From NCBI GenBank assembly GCA_964502225.1, contig CAZCUC010000006.1, positions 1 through 55,220 on the forward strand: a DNA stretch of 55,220 nt. Direction: 5' to 3'. The translations under genes were made by a program, and so were the position numbers. Each line of letters opens with the position of its first letter. Positions within the stretch are counted from its first letter, which is position 1. A model generated the notes under the pieces. That model was not told the origin of the DNA. It was given only the letters and a program-made list of their open reading frames with translations, and did no database searches. The stretch comes from an uncultured Pseudomonadales bacterium (GTDB taxonomy: Bacteria > Patescibacteriota > Microgenomatia > UBA1400 > UBA12108). This document shows, in pieces, positions 35,025-43,374 of the stretch.

Positions 35025-36407
35025 CTAAACCTCGGATGGACTTGCACCTTTTATTAACTCCGTAAACGCGAGGTACAGATAGTCTAGCTGCTCGTGAGTG
35101 TCGTGTTTGTCAGCAAGAGCGCTGTGCCTTAAAAATGTAATTGCGTCTTGCGCAGATAAATACATGAAGTTGTTGCCTACTCTACCTGGTTTATAAGGTT
35201 TAATTACTGTGTTCTGTCTTACATGTGAAGTATGAGGATTGAGTCTAACTCGGTCTCTTAGGGTAGATAATTTGGCTGGCATGTTGCGGGCAAAGCCGTC
35301 TACCAAGGTGTCATTAGTGAGCGAATTTCGTCGACTTGACCTTGATGCAAATAAGTCAATATCGGTCTGGTGAAGGCTACGTCGCATTGCCACTGTCGTA
35401 TTTTGACGTAGTAATGGGGTGAGATTGGTTGCACGAACTATCTCGTGAGTTAGAGCGGGATCGTACGCCTCGGCGACAGTGAGATTGGCCGTAGTATAGC
35501 GAATCGCTTCTGGGTCATCCACTACTTGACTGCCAGTTGGTCGGTGTCTAGCCAGACTTTCCAAATCAATTTGATTCGTTGAGAGTCCTCGATCTGCCCA
35601 AGTGCGAGCTAAGCGAGCGACAAATACTGCCCACCACGAGACGCTTCCTGGACTGTGCTCCATGCGAGTAGTTGAATTGTAAAAACTATTGTCTCGCCAA
35701 AAACCGACAACGCCGTTGTGAGTCTCTAGCTTAGCTCTTTGATATTTTGCGCGGTGGGTGAGAATGCTTGACCAGTTATCCTCTTGATTGTTCGAGAAGA
35801 CGGAGATGGTAATACCCTGCGATAGCGGAGCTTCGAGATCATTGAGGCGAATCACTGACAATCTTCCTAAATCTTCGAGACTGAGGGCGAGAGTTTGTGA
35901 TTGATTGATCGCGCATAGATAGCCACGTAACAAGTGGTAATAAGAAGCTAATACTAGATCTGGGTTATGTTCTGTTTGATGGACAATATCAGCATTACGC
36001 CCTGAGCTAGCAAGTAAGGTCGGCAGATGCATTGTGGCTTCGAGCGAGAGGAGGATGGGTGGTAGTTGTTGGGTCAGGTGAGCATTGAGCAGGTGATGAC
36101 TGGCATCTGCATAAAGTCGCGCTCTTTGACTTTCGATATTTGGGTGAAGAGAGCGGAGTGGTCGATTAAGTGCGTCTGACAAATCAGCGACTAAACCAGG
36201 GTGAGAGCCAGGATTGGTTGTTACAATGCTGCCATCTAGGGTCGTTTGGCAAAAGAGGATGCTGTTAATTGGGGCAAGGCCATCACTTATTCTCCCAACA
36301 CCGCTATTTGGAGAGAGTAGCTTCTTTGCCAGGTTGGTGTAGCTGGCGCCGAGCGTTGCTGTGACTGCTTGATCTAGTGCAACAAAGTTAAGTTCTGTTC
36401 GCGACAT
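35025..36407 (-). CDS. Hypothetical 460-aa protein
   Basis: Its start overlaps the upstream regulator gene by 20 nt, which suggests translational coupling. No motif recognised. Confidence 0.6.
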   Translation of the reverse strand: MSRTELNFVALDQAVTATLGASYTNLAKKLLSPNSGVGRISDGLAPINSILFCQTTLDGSIVTTNPGSHPGLVADLSDALNRPLRSLHPNIESQRARLYADASHHLLNAHLTQQLPPILLSLEATMHLPTLLASSGRNADIVHQTEHNPDLVLASYYHLLRGYLCAINQSQTLALSLEDLGRLSVIRLNDLEAPLSQGITISVFSNNQEDNWSSILTHRAKYQRAKLETHNGVVGFWRDNSFYNSTTRMEHSPGSVSWWAVFVARLARTWADRGLSTNQIDLESLARHRPTGSQVVDDPEAIRYTTANLTVAEAYDPALTHEIVRATNLTPLLRQNTTVAMRRSLHQTDIDLFASRSSRRNSLTNDTLVDGFARNMPAKLSTLRDRVRLNPHTSHVRQNTVIKPYKPGRVGNNFMYLSAQDAITFLRHSALADKHDTHEQLDYLYLAFTELIKGASPSEV

Positions 36408-37479
36408 AGCCGGTTCCTCGGACTGGAGTAATATGGAGGGGGATTTTGTGTTTATTTAATTTAGTGCGTAAGCGTGAGATGGATTGTGAGAGTGCCCAGT
36501 CAGAGTAGTTGAGATCACCTGAAGGATATAGAGTGTTGGCAACAGTCTCGCGACTAACGGGTTGGTGATTTTTGATAAAGAGGTCAATTAGACGCAGTTC
36601 TCCAGGTGTAAAGAAGGAGCTTTGGTCAATGTTGTTGAAGATAATTTTTTGAGGCGTGGTTTGAATAGACTCGTTATATTGGTACTTAATAGAGTCGACA
36701 AGGTACTGGCCGATTGGTTTGCCAGTTGAATCAATAATGCCTGAGTCATACATTTCTTTGATAATCTGAGCATCGATGGGGAGTTGATTCCAGTGATCTT
36801 TGTATGCCTTGGGTAGCGACTCAAAGGTTGCTCTGACTCGGTATTTGAGCGAGGGGAGCTCGATAATCTGAGCCAAGCTGTGGCCAGGGAACTCTGATTG
36901 CAGGCGAATGTACTCGTTGATCAGCCAGGCAATATTGCCGCAATAGCAGATACAGTCCTCGATTTGTGAGTCGGTAAGCTGCATGTCCCAGAGCTTGATC
37001 ACGCCTTGTGTATATATGCGCAGGTCGAGCAGATTAGTGGGGAGCTTATAGATTGTTGGTTTTACATAGAGTACTGAGGCTCGATCGAAAGTAGTATAGA
37101 GCTCGTGGGGAGCACACTCGTGCACCAGGATCATGCGGTAGGGGGAGTTGGTGTGAAAATGTTCAAGAGTTGGCTCGAGGCGCGAGCTATCAGGCATTAA
37201 AAACTTTTCTCGGGCTAGGATGATAATATGCGACTTTACTGACTTGAGGCGTTTCTGAAGATCGTAGGTAGTTGAGATATTTTCGGCGTCTAGATCGATA
37301 ATTTGCACTTTAGCTTTGGCTTGAGTATTAAAGTAGTCCCGAAATTGAAAGAGGCGAGGGAGTAATCCTGTATTTTTAAGAAAAAATAGATTAGTGGTTT
37401 GATGGGTGATTAAGTGTCTGCTCCAGGTCTTAAATTGGGATTCGACGGCGGAGAGTGGCATTTGGCTGTAGTTGTTCAT
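36388..37479 (-). CDS. Regulator with a C-terminal OmpR/PhoB-type winged helix and no receiver domain
   Basis: C-terminus FFTPGELRLIDLFIKNHQPVSRETVANTLYP...WALSQSISRLRTKLNKHKIPLHITPVRGTGYV matches the trans_reg_C pattern. Start set at ATG 37479 (MNNYSQ). Confidence 0.65.
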   Translation of the reverse strand: MNNYSQMPLSAVESQFKTWSRHLITHQTTNLFFLKNTGLLPRLFQFRDYFNTQAKAKVQIIDLDAENISTTYDLQKRLKSVKSHIIILAREKFLMPDSSRLEPTLEHFHTNSPYRMILVHECAPHELYTTFDRASVLYVKPTIYKLPTNLLDLRIYTQGVIKLWDMQLTDSQIEDCICYCGNIAWLINEYIRLQSEFPGHSLAQIIELPSLKYRVRATFESLPKAYKDHWNQLPIDAQIIKEMYDSGIIDSTGKPIGQYLVDSIKYQYNESIQTTPQKIIFNNIDQSSFFTPGELRLIDLFIKNHQPVSRETVANTLYPSGDLNYSDWALSQSISRLRTKLNKHKIPLHITPVRGTGYVANRT

Positions 37480-37584
37480 AGATAGGTATTCGTCAAGTTG
37501 ACATATTAGTGTCAATTATGTAATCAAGCTATTTTAGCAGAGTGTGTCAAGATTATGGGGTTATTTAGTACACAAGGAGTGTGT

Positions 37585-38367
37585 ATGATCCAAGAACTAG
37601 TTGGGAGAGTGGAACCAATTAACCACTTTGTTGATATTTTGGATAGAATTGAACGCCAGGGACCGGTAAGCTCTAATCTAATAGAGTATTATGGCTCACC
37701 AGGTATTGGCAAATCGACGTTGCTGGTAGAGTTGGCACGTAAGTCTGAGAAGAAAGGCGCAAGAGTGGCCATGATTAACTTTGAAAATGAAGATACTGGT
37801 GAGTTGGAGCGTGATCCAACCTTATTGATAGAAAAACTGGCAAACCAACTAGGAATCAATCGTGGTAACTTTGCAAAGGCCCTGGCCGTGTACCGTCAAT
37901 CATCTTTGCCGAGTGAGGGAGTGGTGGCGGCGTATGCCAACATGAATCAAGAAACTAGACTCTATCGACGTCCAGATTGGCTAAATAAGTTGCGAGAGAT
38001 GGATGTTGAGTTTATCAAAGCGGTGAATGAAAGTAAGTCACCTATGGTTCTGCTTTTTGATGAAGCGGATGAAACTAGTGTTGAGGTTTTAGATTTTGCG
38101 GAGGAGTGGATTATGAACCCGATTGCACAGGTCAAAACTGCCATTATTGGCTTTGCCGCTACCAGACCTTGGAGGTGGAAGAGGCCCGAGATCAGACGAA
38201 GACTGACAAGTACTCAGATCGGGACATTGAAAAAAGAAGAGGTGGGAGAATGGCTAAGACAAGAGTGGCCTAACTGGAAAGGTTCTTTAACATCAGCGAT
38301 TATCGGCGATATTTATCAAACAACTGGAGGACATCCTGGAGCAATCCAGGCTGTAATTGAATCATGA
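37585..38367 (+). CDS. P-loop NTPase (AAA/STAND-like)
   Basis: AAGGAG SD at 37574-37579. Walker A is YGSPGIGKSTLLVELARK and Walker B is VLLFDEADE. Start set at ATG 37585. Confidence 0.7.
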   Translation: MIQELVGRVEPINHFVDILDRIERQGPVSSNLIEYYGSPGIGKSTLLVELARKSEKKGARVAMINFENEDTGELERDPTLLIEKLANQLGINRGNFAKALAVYRQSSLPSEGVVAAYANMNQETRLYRRPDWLNKLREMDVEFIKAVNESKSPMVLLFDEADETSVEVLDFAEEWIMNPIAQVKTAIIGFAATRPWRWKRPEIRRRLTSTQIGTLKKEEVGEWLRQEWPNWKGSLTSAIIGDIYQTTGGHPGAIQAVIES

Positions 38368-38981
38368 CTAACAGACCAGAATTTGCTTCTACACAATTTG
38401 AATATCTCCTAAAAGGTGCTCTGAGTAAAGAAGGAACAGAGATACGTGAGGCAGCTGTGCCTCTAAGTTGTGTAAGATTATTTGACACAAATATGATGAG
38501 CAAAGTTTTGAAAGCCACCAAGCCAGGTATATATAAATCGTGGAATATAGCTGATTTTGGTGATCTACTCTACAAATTTAGAAATTCTGGACTGCTAGTT
38601 CGGGAGAAAGGATATGCAGTAGATTCTGCTGTACGTCATTTAGTTTCAGAGCACTTGAGATATAACGAACCCAAAATGTTCACAAAGGCTAATTTAGCCG
38701 CACTAGAAGTTTATCGAGAATGGCTAAGTAGGCCAGTTGATAGTAGAAGTCTATATGTAGTAGAGGAGTTGTTTCATGTCGCTAACCTAGATCCACAGGC
38801 AGATTTGACGGGACTACTGAAGGGGAGACTTGAAGAGTACCCAAGATGGTATCGTGATACGATTGAACACCAGATTCAAGTAGACAATTTAGGTCAGTTA
38901 CTGCGAGATGATATAGAACTAGAAAGTCTCACTAGTTCACTACCTGAGATGATGGAGTTGGTGAAAAAGTATAAACCATAA
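38364..38981 (+). CDS. Helical protein coupled to the P-loop NTPase (possible split STAND C-terminal module)
   Basis: ATGA start/stop overlap with the upstream gene. 205 aa, predicted helical. No motif recognised. Confidence 0.55.
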   Translation: MTNRPEFASTQFEYLLKGALSKEGTEIREAAVPLSCVRLFDTNMMSKVLKATKPGIYKSWNIADFGDLLYKFRNSGLLVREKGYAVDSAVRHLVSEHLRYNEPKMFTKANLAALEVYREWLSRPVDSRSLYVVEELFHVANLDPQADLTGLLKGRLEEYPRWYRDTIEHQIQVDNLGQLLRDDIELESLTSSLPEMMELVKKYKP

Positions 38982-39046
38982 ATTGCTGTTATTCCGATCT
39001 TCCTGTCAAATATACTGAATTTTAGGTATATTGTGAGCGCGTCTAC

Positions 39047-39074
39047 AAAAACCCCGCCTGGTGGCGGGGTTTTT
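39047..39074. terminator. Bidirectional intrinsic terminator
   Basis: Sequence aaaaa-ccccgcc-tggt-ggcgggg-ttttt, located between convergent genes (38364-38981 on the plus strand and rplL on the minus strand). Confidence 0.85.
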
Positions 39075-39115
39075 GAGTTTACGGACGGATGATAATCCGC
39101 CCCTACGGGTAACAA

Positions 39116-39142
39116 TTATTTCAATTCAACGGTTGCGCCGGC
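39116..39142 (-). pseudogene. Orphan duplicate of the last 8 codons plus stop of rplL
   Basis: The reverse complement gcc ggc gca acc gtt gaa ttg aaa taa encodes AGATVELK*. The peptide is identical to the true rplL end (39178-39204). All 4 nucleotide differences are synonymous. Confidence 0.6.
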
Positions 39143-39177
39143 CCTTCGACTTTGCTCAGGACCTACGCTAAGTTGAA

Positions 39178-39558
39178 TTATTTTAATTCAACTGTAGCTC
39201 CGGCTTCCTCGAGTTTCTTTTTCGCGGCTTCGGCGTCTTCTTTTTTGGCACCTTCAAGCACGGTCTTGGGAGCGGCTTCGACTAGATCCTTGGCTTCTTT
39301 GAGGCCGAGGGTCTGGTTGAGTTCGCGGACTGCTTTGATGACACCAATTTTGTTGGCACCACCAGCTTTGAGGACGACATCAAAGGCATCCTGAGCTTCG
39401 GCGGCAGGAGCGGCGGCGGCACCAGCGGCGGCAGGAGCGGCCATCATGGGAGCGGCGGCACTAACACCGAACTTTTCTTCGAGGGCTTTGACGAGTTCGG
39501 CCACTTCGAGGACGGATAATTTCTCGATTTGCTCTACTAGAGCGACTAGATCAGACAT
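39178..39558 (-). CDS. rplL: 50S ribosomal protein L7/L12
   Basis: [24 protein letters not shown], an Ala-rich hinge, then [24 protein letters not shown]...ATVELK. Confidence 0.96.
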   Translation of the reverse strand: MSDLVALVEQIEKLSVLEVAELVKALEEKFGVSAAAPMMAAPAAAGAAAAPAAEAQDAFDVVLKAGGANKIGVIKAVRELNQTLGLKEAKDLVEAAPKTVLEGAKKEDAEAAKKKLEEAGATVELK

Positions 39559-39597
39559 ATTGTCTCCTTTTATATTTATTTATACAAATAATACTAA

Positions 39598-40134
39598 TTA
39601 AGCGGTTACAGCTTTCTTTTTGTTTACTGCAGATAGGGCGTAAACGAGGGATCTCATCGGAGCTACCAAGATACCGACCATGTTTCTAGCAGGGTTACTG
39701 AGTGTACCCAGGAGTTTGGCGATCAATTCTGCCTTGCTCGGGAGGGCGGCTAGTTGCATAACTTTTTCCATCGATAACACATCTTTGCCCAGTATACCGG
39801 CCTTTACTTTGGGTAGATTCTTGTCGTTGGCCTTGCCAAACTCGACTAAAGCTTTGAGAGGGGCGACCGCGTCGTTTTCGGCGAGCAGGGTGAGGTTGGG
39901 ACCGGTCAGCTCTTTGTCTAGACTACTCACGTCGTAACCTTTGCTGGTCATGGCGATTTTGAGGAGGCTGTTTTTGGCGACGGTGATCGTGCCACCGGCG
40001 GCTCTGACTTTGTCGCGCAGATCGACCTGCTCTTTGACGGTGAGGCCGGCATAGTCAGCGATAAAGATGGCTTCGACTTTGTCTAGTTTTTCGACTAGCT
40101 CGGCGACGGCCGCGATGTTTTGTTTGTTTGGCAT
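39598..40134 (-). CDS. rplJ: 50S ribosomal protein L10
   Basis: KQNIAAVAELVEKLDKVEAIFIADYAGLTVKEQVDLRDKVRAAGGTITVAKNSLLKIA. Start set at ATG 40134. Confidence 0.93.
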   Translation of the reverse strand: MPNKQNIAAVAELVEKLDKVEAIFIADYAGLTVKEQVDLRDKVRAAGGTITVAKNSLLKIAMTSKGYDVSSLDKELTGPNLTLLAENDAVAPLKALVEFGKANDKNLPKVKAGILGKDVLSMEKVMQLAALPSKAELIAKLLGTLSNPARNMVGILVAPMRSLVYALSAVNKKKAVTA

Positions 40135-40196
40135 ACTTCGATTCCTTTCAGTCACTCAGTACTTTCAGTACTATTTATAATATTTGCTTTTAGGCC

Positions 40197-40223
40197 AAAA
40201 AAAAGCTGTCCCCCGCGACAGCT
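40197..40223 (-). promoter_or_regulatory. Hairpin plus U-tract within the rplJ 5' leader (candidate L10-leader attenuator/terminator)
   Basis: On the minus strand, agctgtc-gcgggg-gacagct is followed by tttttttt. It lies about 60 nt upstream of the rplJ ATG and downstream of the candidate promoter. Confidence 0.5.
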
Positions 40224-40295
40224 AAATACTACATCTTGTAGTTTTTTGCCTTCGTCCCGACTTATGTATCGCGGGATGTCTAGAGGTATGGGGAT

Positions 40296-40324
40296 AGTAT
40301 AGCATGAAGATTAAAGTTACACAA
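40296..40324 (-). promoter_or_regulatory. Candidate rplJL promoter TTGTGT-17-TATACT
   Basis: On the minus strand, ttgtgt is at 40324-40319 and tatact at 40301-40296. This implies a leader of about 160 nt. Confidence 0.45.
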
Positions 40325-40374
40325 TATACATACTCATTGCATATTCTGATGAATAGTGATATATTCTTTGACCG

Positions 40375-40641
40375 ATGAAAAAGAGACTAACCCAAATTGA
40401 AATAGCGCTAGGATTATTAGTGTTTGCAACAATGGCATGCTCATACCAATCCACCAGAGAAGGTATACTCGTGACGACGGGTGAGTCTGCAGGTAAGACT
40501 TCAAGTGCAGAATTGGATTATCTAATACGTGATACTAACCGTTGTGATCTATTTACATATAATCTTTATGAAAATAATGCTTGGCGTCAAGAAAAAGCGG
40601 TTGTGTGCAACTACGATAGTTTGTTGAAATATAGAAAATAG
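40375..40641 (+). CDS. Small putative lipoprotein
   Basis: MKKRLTQIEIALGLLVFATMAC is a signal peptide with a lipobox-like Cys. TGaTATATT (40357-40365) lies 9 nt before the ATG. Confidence 0.55.
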   Translation: MKKRLTQIEIALGLLVFATMACSYQSTREGILVTTGESAGKTSSAELDYLIRDTNRCDLFTYNLYENNAWRQEKAVVCNYDSLLKYRK

Positions 40642-40668
40642 GTCACTTGGCGACACTTTTTTGTCATA

Positions 40669-41481
40669 TTAAATGTTTGGATAAATCATCGGGAGAAAGA
40701 GGTAATCAATTATAGACTCTAGCCGGTGAGATACCTCTGTTGCATGAGGATTGCTGGCAAATTTGATCTGGGGATTAACGTGAGCATGAGACAATACTTT
40801 GTATCTATACACCGATGACTCATCTTTAATTAAGTTGATTTTGACTAAAGAAAAGACTCCGTCTGTATGGACTACCACAATTATTGGAGTCTCGACGTTA
40901 CTTGTCTCAAAAACATCAAGATGAAAATTTGGTCGATTTTTTTGAATAATTGTGGTTATTTGAGATAGTTTCTCACGGATTGATTCGAGAGTAACTGACT
41001 CGTTTGACACCAGGCTAGATTCTGGTCTGGAGTAGCCAACTCCAGATATAGAGAGTGAAGAATCTTGAATTGTAAGGCGTGGCTTGAGCTTGGTTGGCAG
41101 TGATAAATGCTCGAGAGTAAATAATGCGGCTTTGATCTTTCCAGGAGTATTTGAGTCAGGGGTAATTCTTACTCCGTAGCGATTCTGCTCGTCGTTTGTA
41201 AATATAAGCGAAAAACTCTGGCTTTTGCCAGGAAAGTTAGTGAGATTAAGAGAAAATGAGCTGGCACTAGAGCTGGTAATATTGGCAGATGGGAGAATGG
41301 GGATAAATTTCTCGTCTTTATTGCGAGGTGCATAATGCAGAGCTAAAGCTAGATTAGCGAGTGATTCCAGATGTGAATAGGGTAGAGATAGTGATGTCTC
41401 TGTTTCTCTGAGGCCAGATTCCTTTCCTGGAGATAGACTCTTGAGGATCTCAAGGTAGCTGGTGAGCTCAGTGAGTTTCAT
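40669..41481 (-). CDS. Hypothetical protein (island)
   Basis: 270-aa ORF and the last gene of the four-gene minus-strand string 43236->40669. No motif recognised. Confidence 0.55.
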   Translation of the reverse strand: MKLTELTSYLEILKSLSPGKESGLRETETSLSLPYSHLESLANLALALHYAPRNKDEKFIPILPSANITSSSASSFSLNLTNFPGKSQSFSLIFTNDEQNRYGVRITPDSNTPGKIKAALFTLEHLSLPTKLKPRLTIQDSSLSISGVGYSRPESSLVSNESVTLESIREKLSQITTIIQKNRPNFHLDVFETSNVETPIIVVVHTDGVFSLVKINLIKDESSVYRYKVLSHAHVNPQIKFASNPHATEVSHRLESIIDYLFLPMIYPNI

Positions 41482-41485
41482 GAGG

Positions 41486-41974
41486 TTATCTGCGACGACT
41501 CATGTTTGTGCCGACGTAACCAGTCTTCATATCATTATCTTTCATCCAGCTATGCATTTTCCCGTAGGCCTCTCCAGCTTGGTAGGCTAAAACCGGGAAT
41601 ATTGAGATTGCAGCTAGTCCAATGACTCCCATCAAGACACCAATTCCAGTTTCTCCGGCATCACGTGAATGGCTGAGAACCTCGACGGCTTTATTCAAAA
41701 AAACTACACCACCAATAGCAGGGGCAAGAGTCCCGACGACTTTGTTAAAAATTTCGGCACCCTTGAGGAGCCAGCGGGGAGTTTCGTGGACTGAGTATCC
41801 GATGGTACCTAGCCCACCTAGGATAGCAGGGCGGTCTTTTATAGATCCATCATGAACGCCAGTTCGATGAGCTTCAGCAATGTCTTCTGGAGATCTGCCT
41901 GCAGCGAGAAAATTCCACTGATTGAGATGTGCTGATCTCCAATTACCCTCTGGATTACTATTACGTATTTTCAT
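41486..41974 (-). CDS. Gly-rich membrane protein (island)
   Basis: 162 aa. Hydrophobic Gly/Ala-rich helices GTLAPAIGGVVFL and GIGVLMGVIGLAAISIFPVLAY. Confidence 0.55.
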   Translation of the reverse strand: MKIRNSNPEGNWRSAHLNQWNFLAAGRSPEDIAEAHRTGVHDGSIKDRPAILGGLGTIGYSVHETPRWLLKGAEIFNKVVGTLAPAIGGVVFLNKAVEVLSHSRDAGETGIGVLMGVIGLAAISIFPVLAYQAGEAYGKMHSWMKDNDMKTGYVGTNMSRRR

Positions 41975-42025
41975 GATCTTAGTTTAGATCACTATAGGCT
42001 ACAAGTCAAGTAATCTATTCGCTGC

Positions 42026-42325
42026 TTATTGAGCAGGGGTTTCTGCAGGAGCAGCTGCTTCTTCGGCAGGGGTTTCAGCATCAACTTGTTCGCCTACCTG
42101 TTGTTTCAAATCCAAACCTTCGAGTGTGGCTTTGGCTGAAAGATATTTGTTCATATCAGCGAGCTTGTCGATTACGATTCCTAGTGCTTCTACATTTCCT
42201 GCGGTAGGATCGTCTTGAACAGTTTTTGCCATTTCGACTATTTGATTTTTGATATCCTCATGCAGCTCTTCATCAGCCATAACATCACTGATTAGATCAT
42301 TTATTGTGTCATTTAGATCGGTCAT
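42026..42325 (-). CDS. Small acidic helical protein (island)
   Basis: 99 aa, Asp/Glu-rich and predicted all-helical, with a low-complexity tail AETPAEEAAAPAETPAQ. Confidence 0.5.
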   Translation of the reverse strand: MTDLNDTINDLISDVMADEELHEDIKNQIVEMAKTVQDDPTAGNVEALGIVIDKLADMNKYLSAKATLEGLDLKQQVGEQVDAETPAEEAAAPAETPAQ

Positions 42326-42363
42326 ATTTCTCCTTTTTTAATAATTCTTTTTATATTAATGAC

Positions 42364-43236
42364 TTATTTTGCGATACCTTTTGCCATTTTTTCACTTGCT
42401 GCTCGAGTTACTGCCTGAATGGCTTTTTTATTCTTCAGAGCTTGTGCTTCTTTTGTGGCTTTTGCTGCATCTTTGCTGTTGTAGCTCTTTTTCTTAAGTC
42501 TTTCGAGCTCTTTTTTAGCTGCGGCAAGTTCTTTGCTGGATGTCTTAAACTTGTTGTTCATTTCTTTGAGGTTTTGTGCTCTAAGCTTTAGTGCTTCTCT
42601 TGTATCTTCGACTCGAATTCCTCTTTCTTTGTTAGCATACTCTAGTAGACCAGAGGCTCTTTTTGCGTACTTTTCAGCTTTGGTTGCTAGTCTCGTAGCT
42701 CTCCAGTCGAATACGGCCTCAGTTACTTTGTTCCAGCCTTCTTTAACTTTCTCCCATGGTCGAACTAAACCAGCGAGTCGCTCTCCAATTCTTTGATATG
42801 TCCCGGTACCAGGATTGATAGCATCAACATTTGCTGCAACTCCTTTGTGGATTTCCCGCGCTCCGTCTCTTCCACCTTTTGCCTTTACTATGGCTAATTC
42901 GCTTGCTACTCGCCCCATAACAACTTTATTGAAAGAAACGGCTTTGTCACCATCAACCGTTGATCTATGGTCGTACCATTTTTGCATAGAATCCAGAATC
43001 CAGGAACCCAGATTCAAAACTCCTTCTCCTGCACCAGTCGCTTTGAGTTCTCGCTGCGCATGTCTTACTTCAAAACTACTACCTGCGCTTTCAACTTTTT
43101 TCTCTCCAAGATTTCTCACAACTTCTTTGGTTATTCCAATCGCAGCTCCAAAAGGGGTATTTTGTTCTGCGGCTACATTTAATGCTTCGGCTCTTTGGTC
43201 TGCATATTTTTTAGCGTCAAATCCATTTTCTGCCAT
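42364..43236 (-). CDS. Helical, Lys/Ala-rich coiled-coil protein (island)
   Basis: 290 aa, with a C-terminal coiled-coil (KELAAAKKELERLKKK...). Candidate promoter TTGACA(43301-43296)-17-CATACT. Confidence 0.55.
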   Translation of the reverse strand: MAENGFDAKKYADQRAEALNVAAEQNTPFGAAIGITKEVVRNLGEKKVESAGSSFEVRHAQRELKATGAGEGVLNLGSWILDSMQKWYDHRSTVDGDKAVSFNKVVMGRVASELAIVKAKGGRDGAREIHKGVAANVDAINPGTGTYQRIGERLAGLVRPWEKVKEGWNKVTEAVFDWRATRLATKAEKYAKRASGLLEYANKERGIRVEDTREALKLRAQNLKEMNNKFKTSSKELAAAKKELERLKKKSYNSKDAAKATKEAQALKNKKAIQAVTRAASEKMAKGIAK

Positions 43237-43374
43237 AGGTTTTTTCCTTTTATATAATCTTTAATCTATTTAAGTATGTAATTAATTTTGACAAGTGTCA
43301 AGGGCTCTACAAACCATTGCTTTGGATACAATAAATGCGATACTATTAAGGTTAGTTAGTAATTAAAAAATTAT

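Noticed and set aside
39152-39394. 80-aa plus-strand ORF antisense to rplL, and similar antisense ORFs in rplJ, rplA, rplK and nusG
   Set aside because: These are shadow frames of highly conserved ribosomal genes, with Ala/Ser-rich nonsense translations.
43288-43301. Palindrome TTGACA-ag-TGTCAA in the island divergent control region, considered as an operator
   Set aside because: It is most simply explained as two back-to-back -35 boxes. The TGTCAA half gives TTGACA-17-CATACT for the minus-strand operon. It shares only the -35 consensus with the 37.5-kb palindromes.
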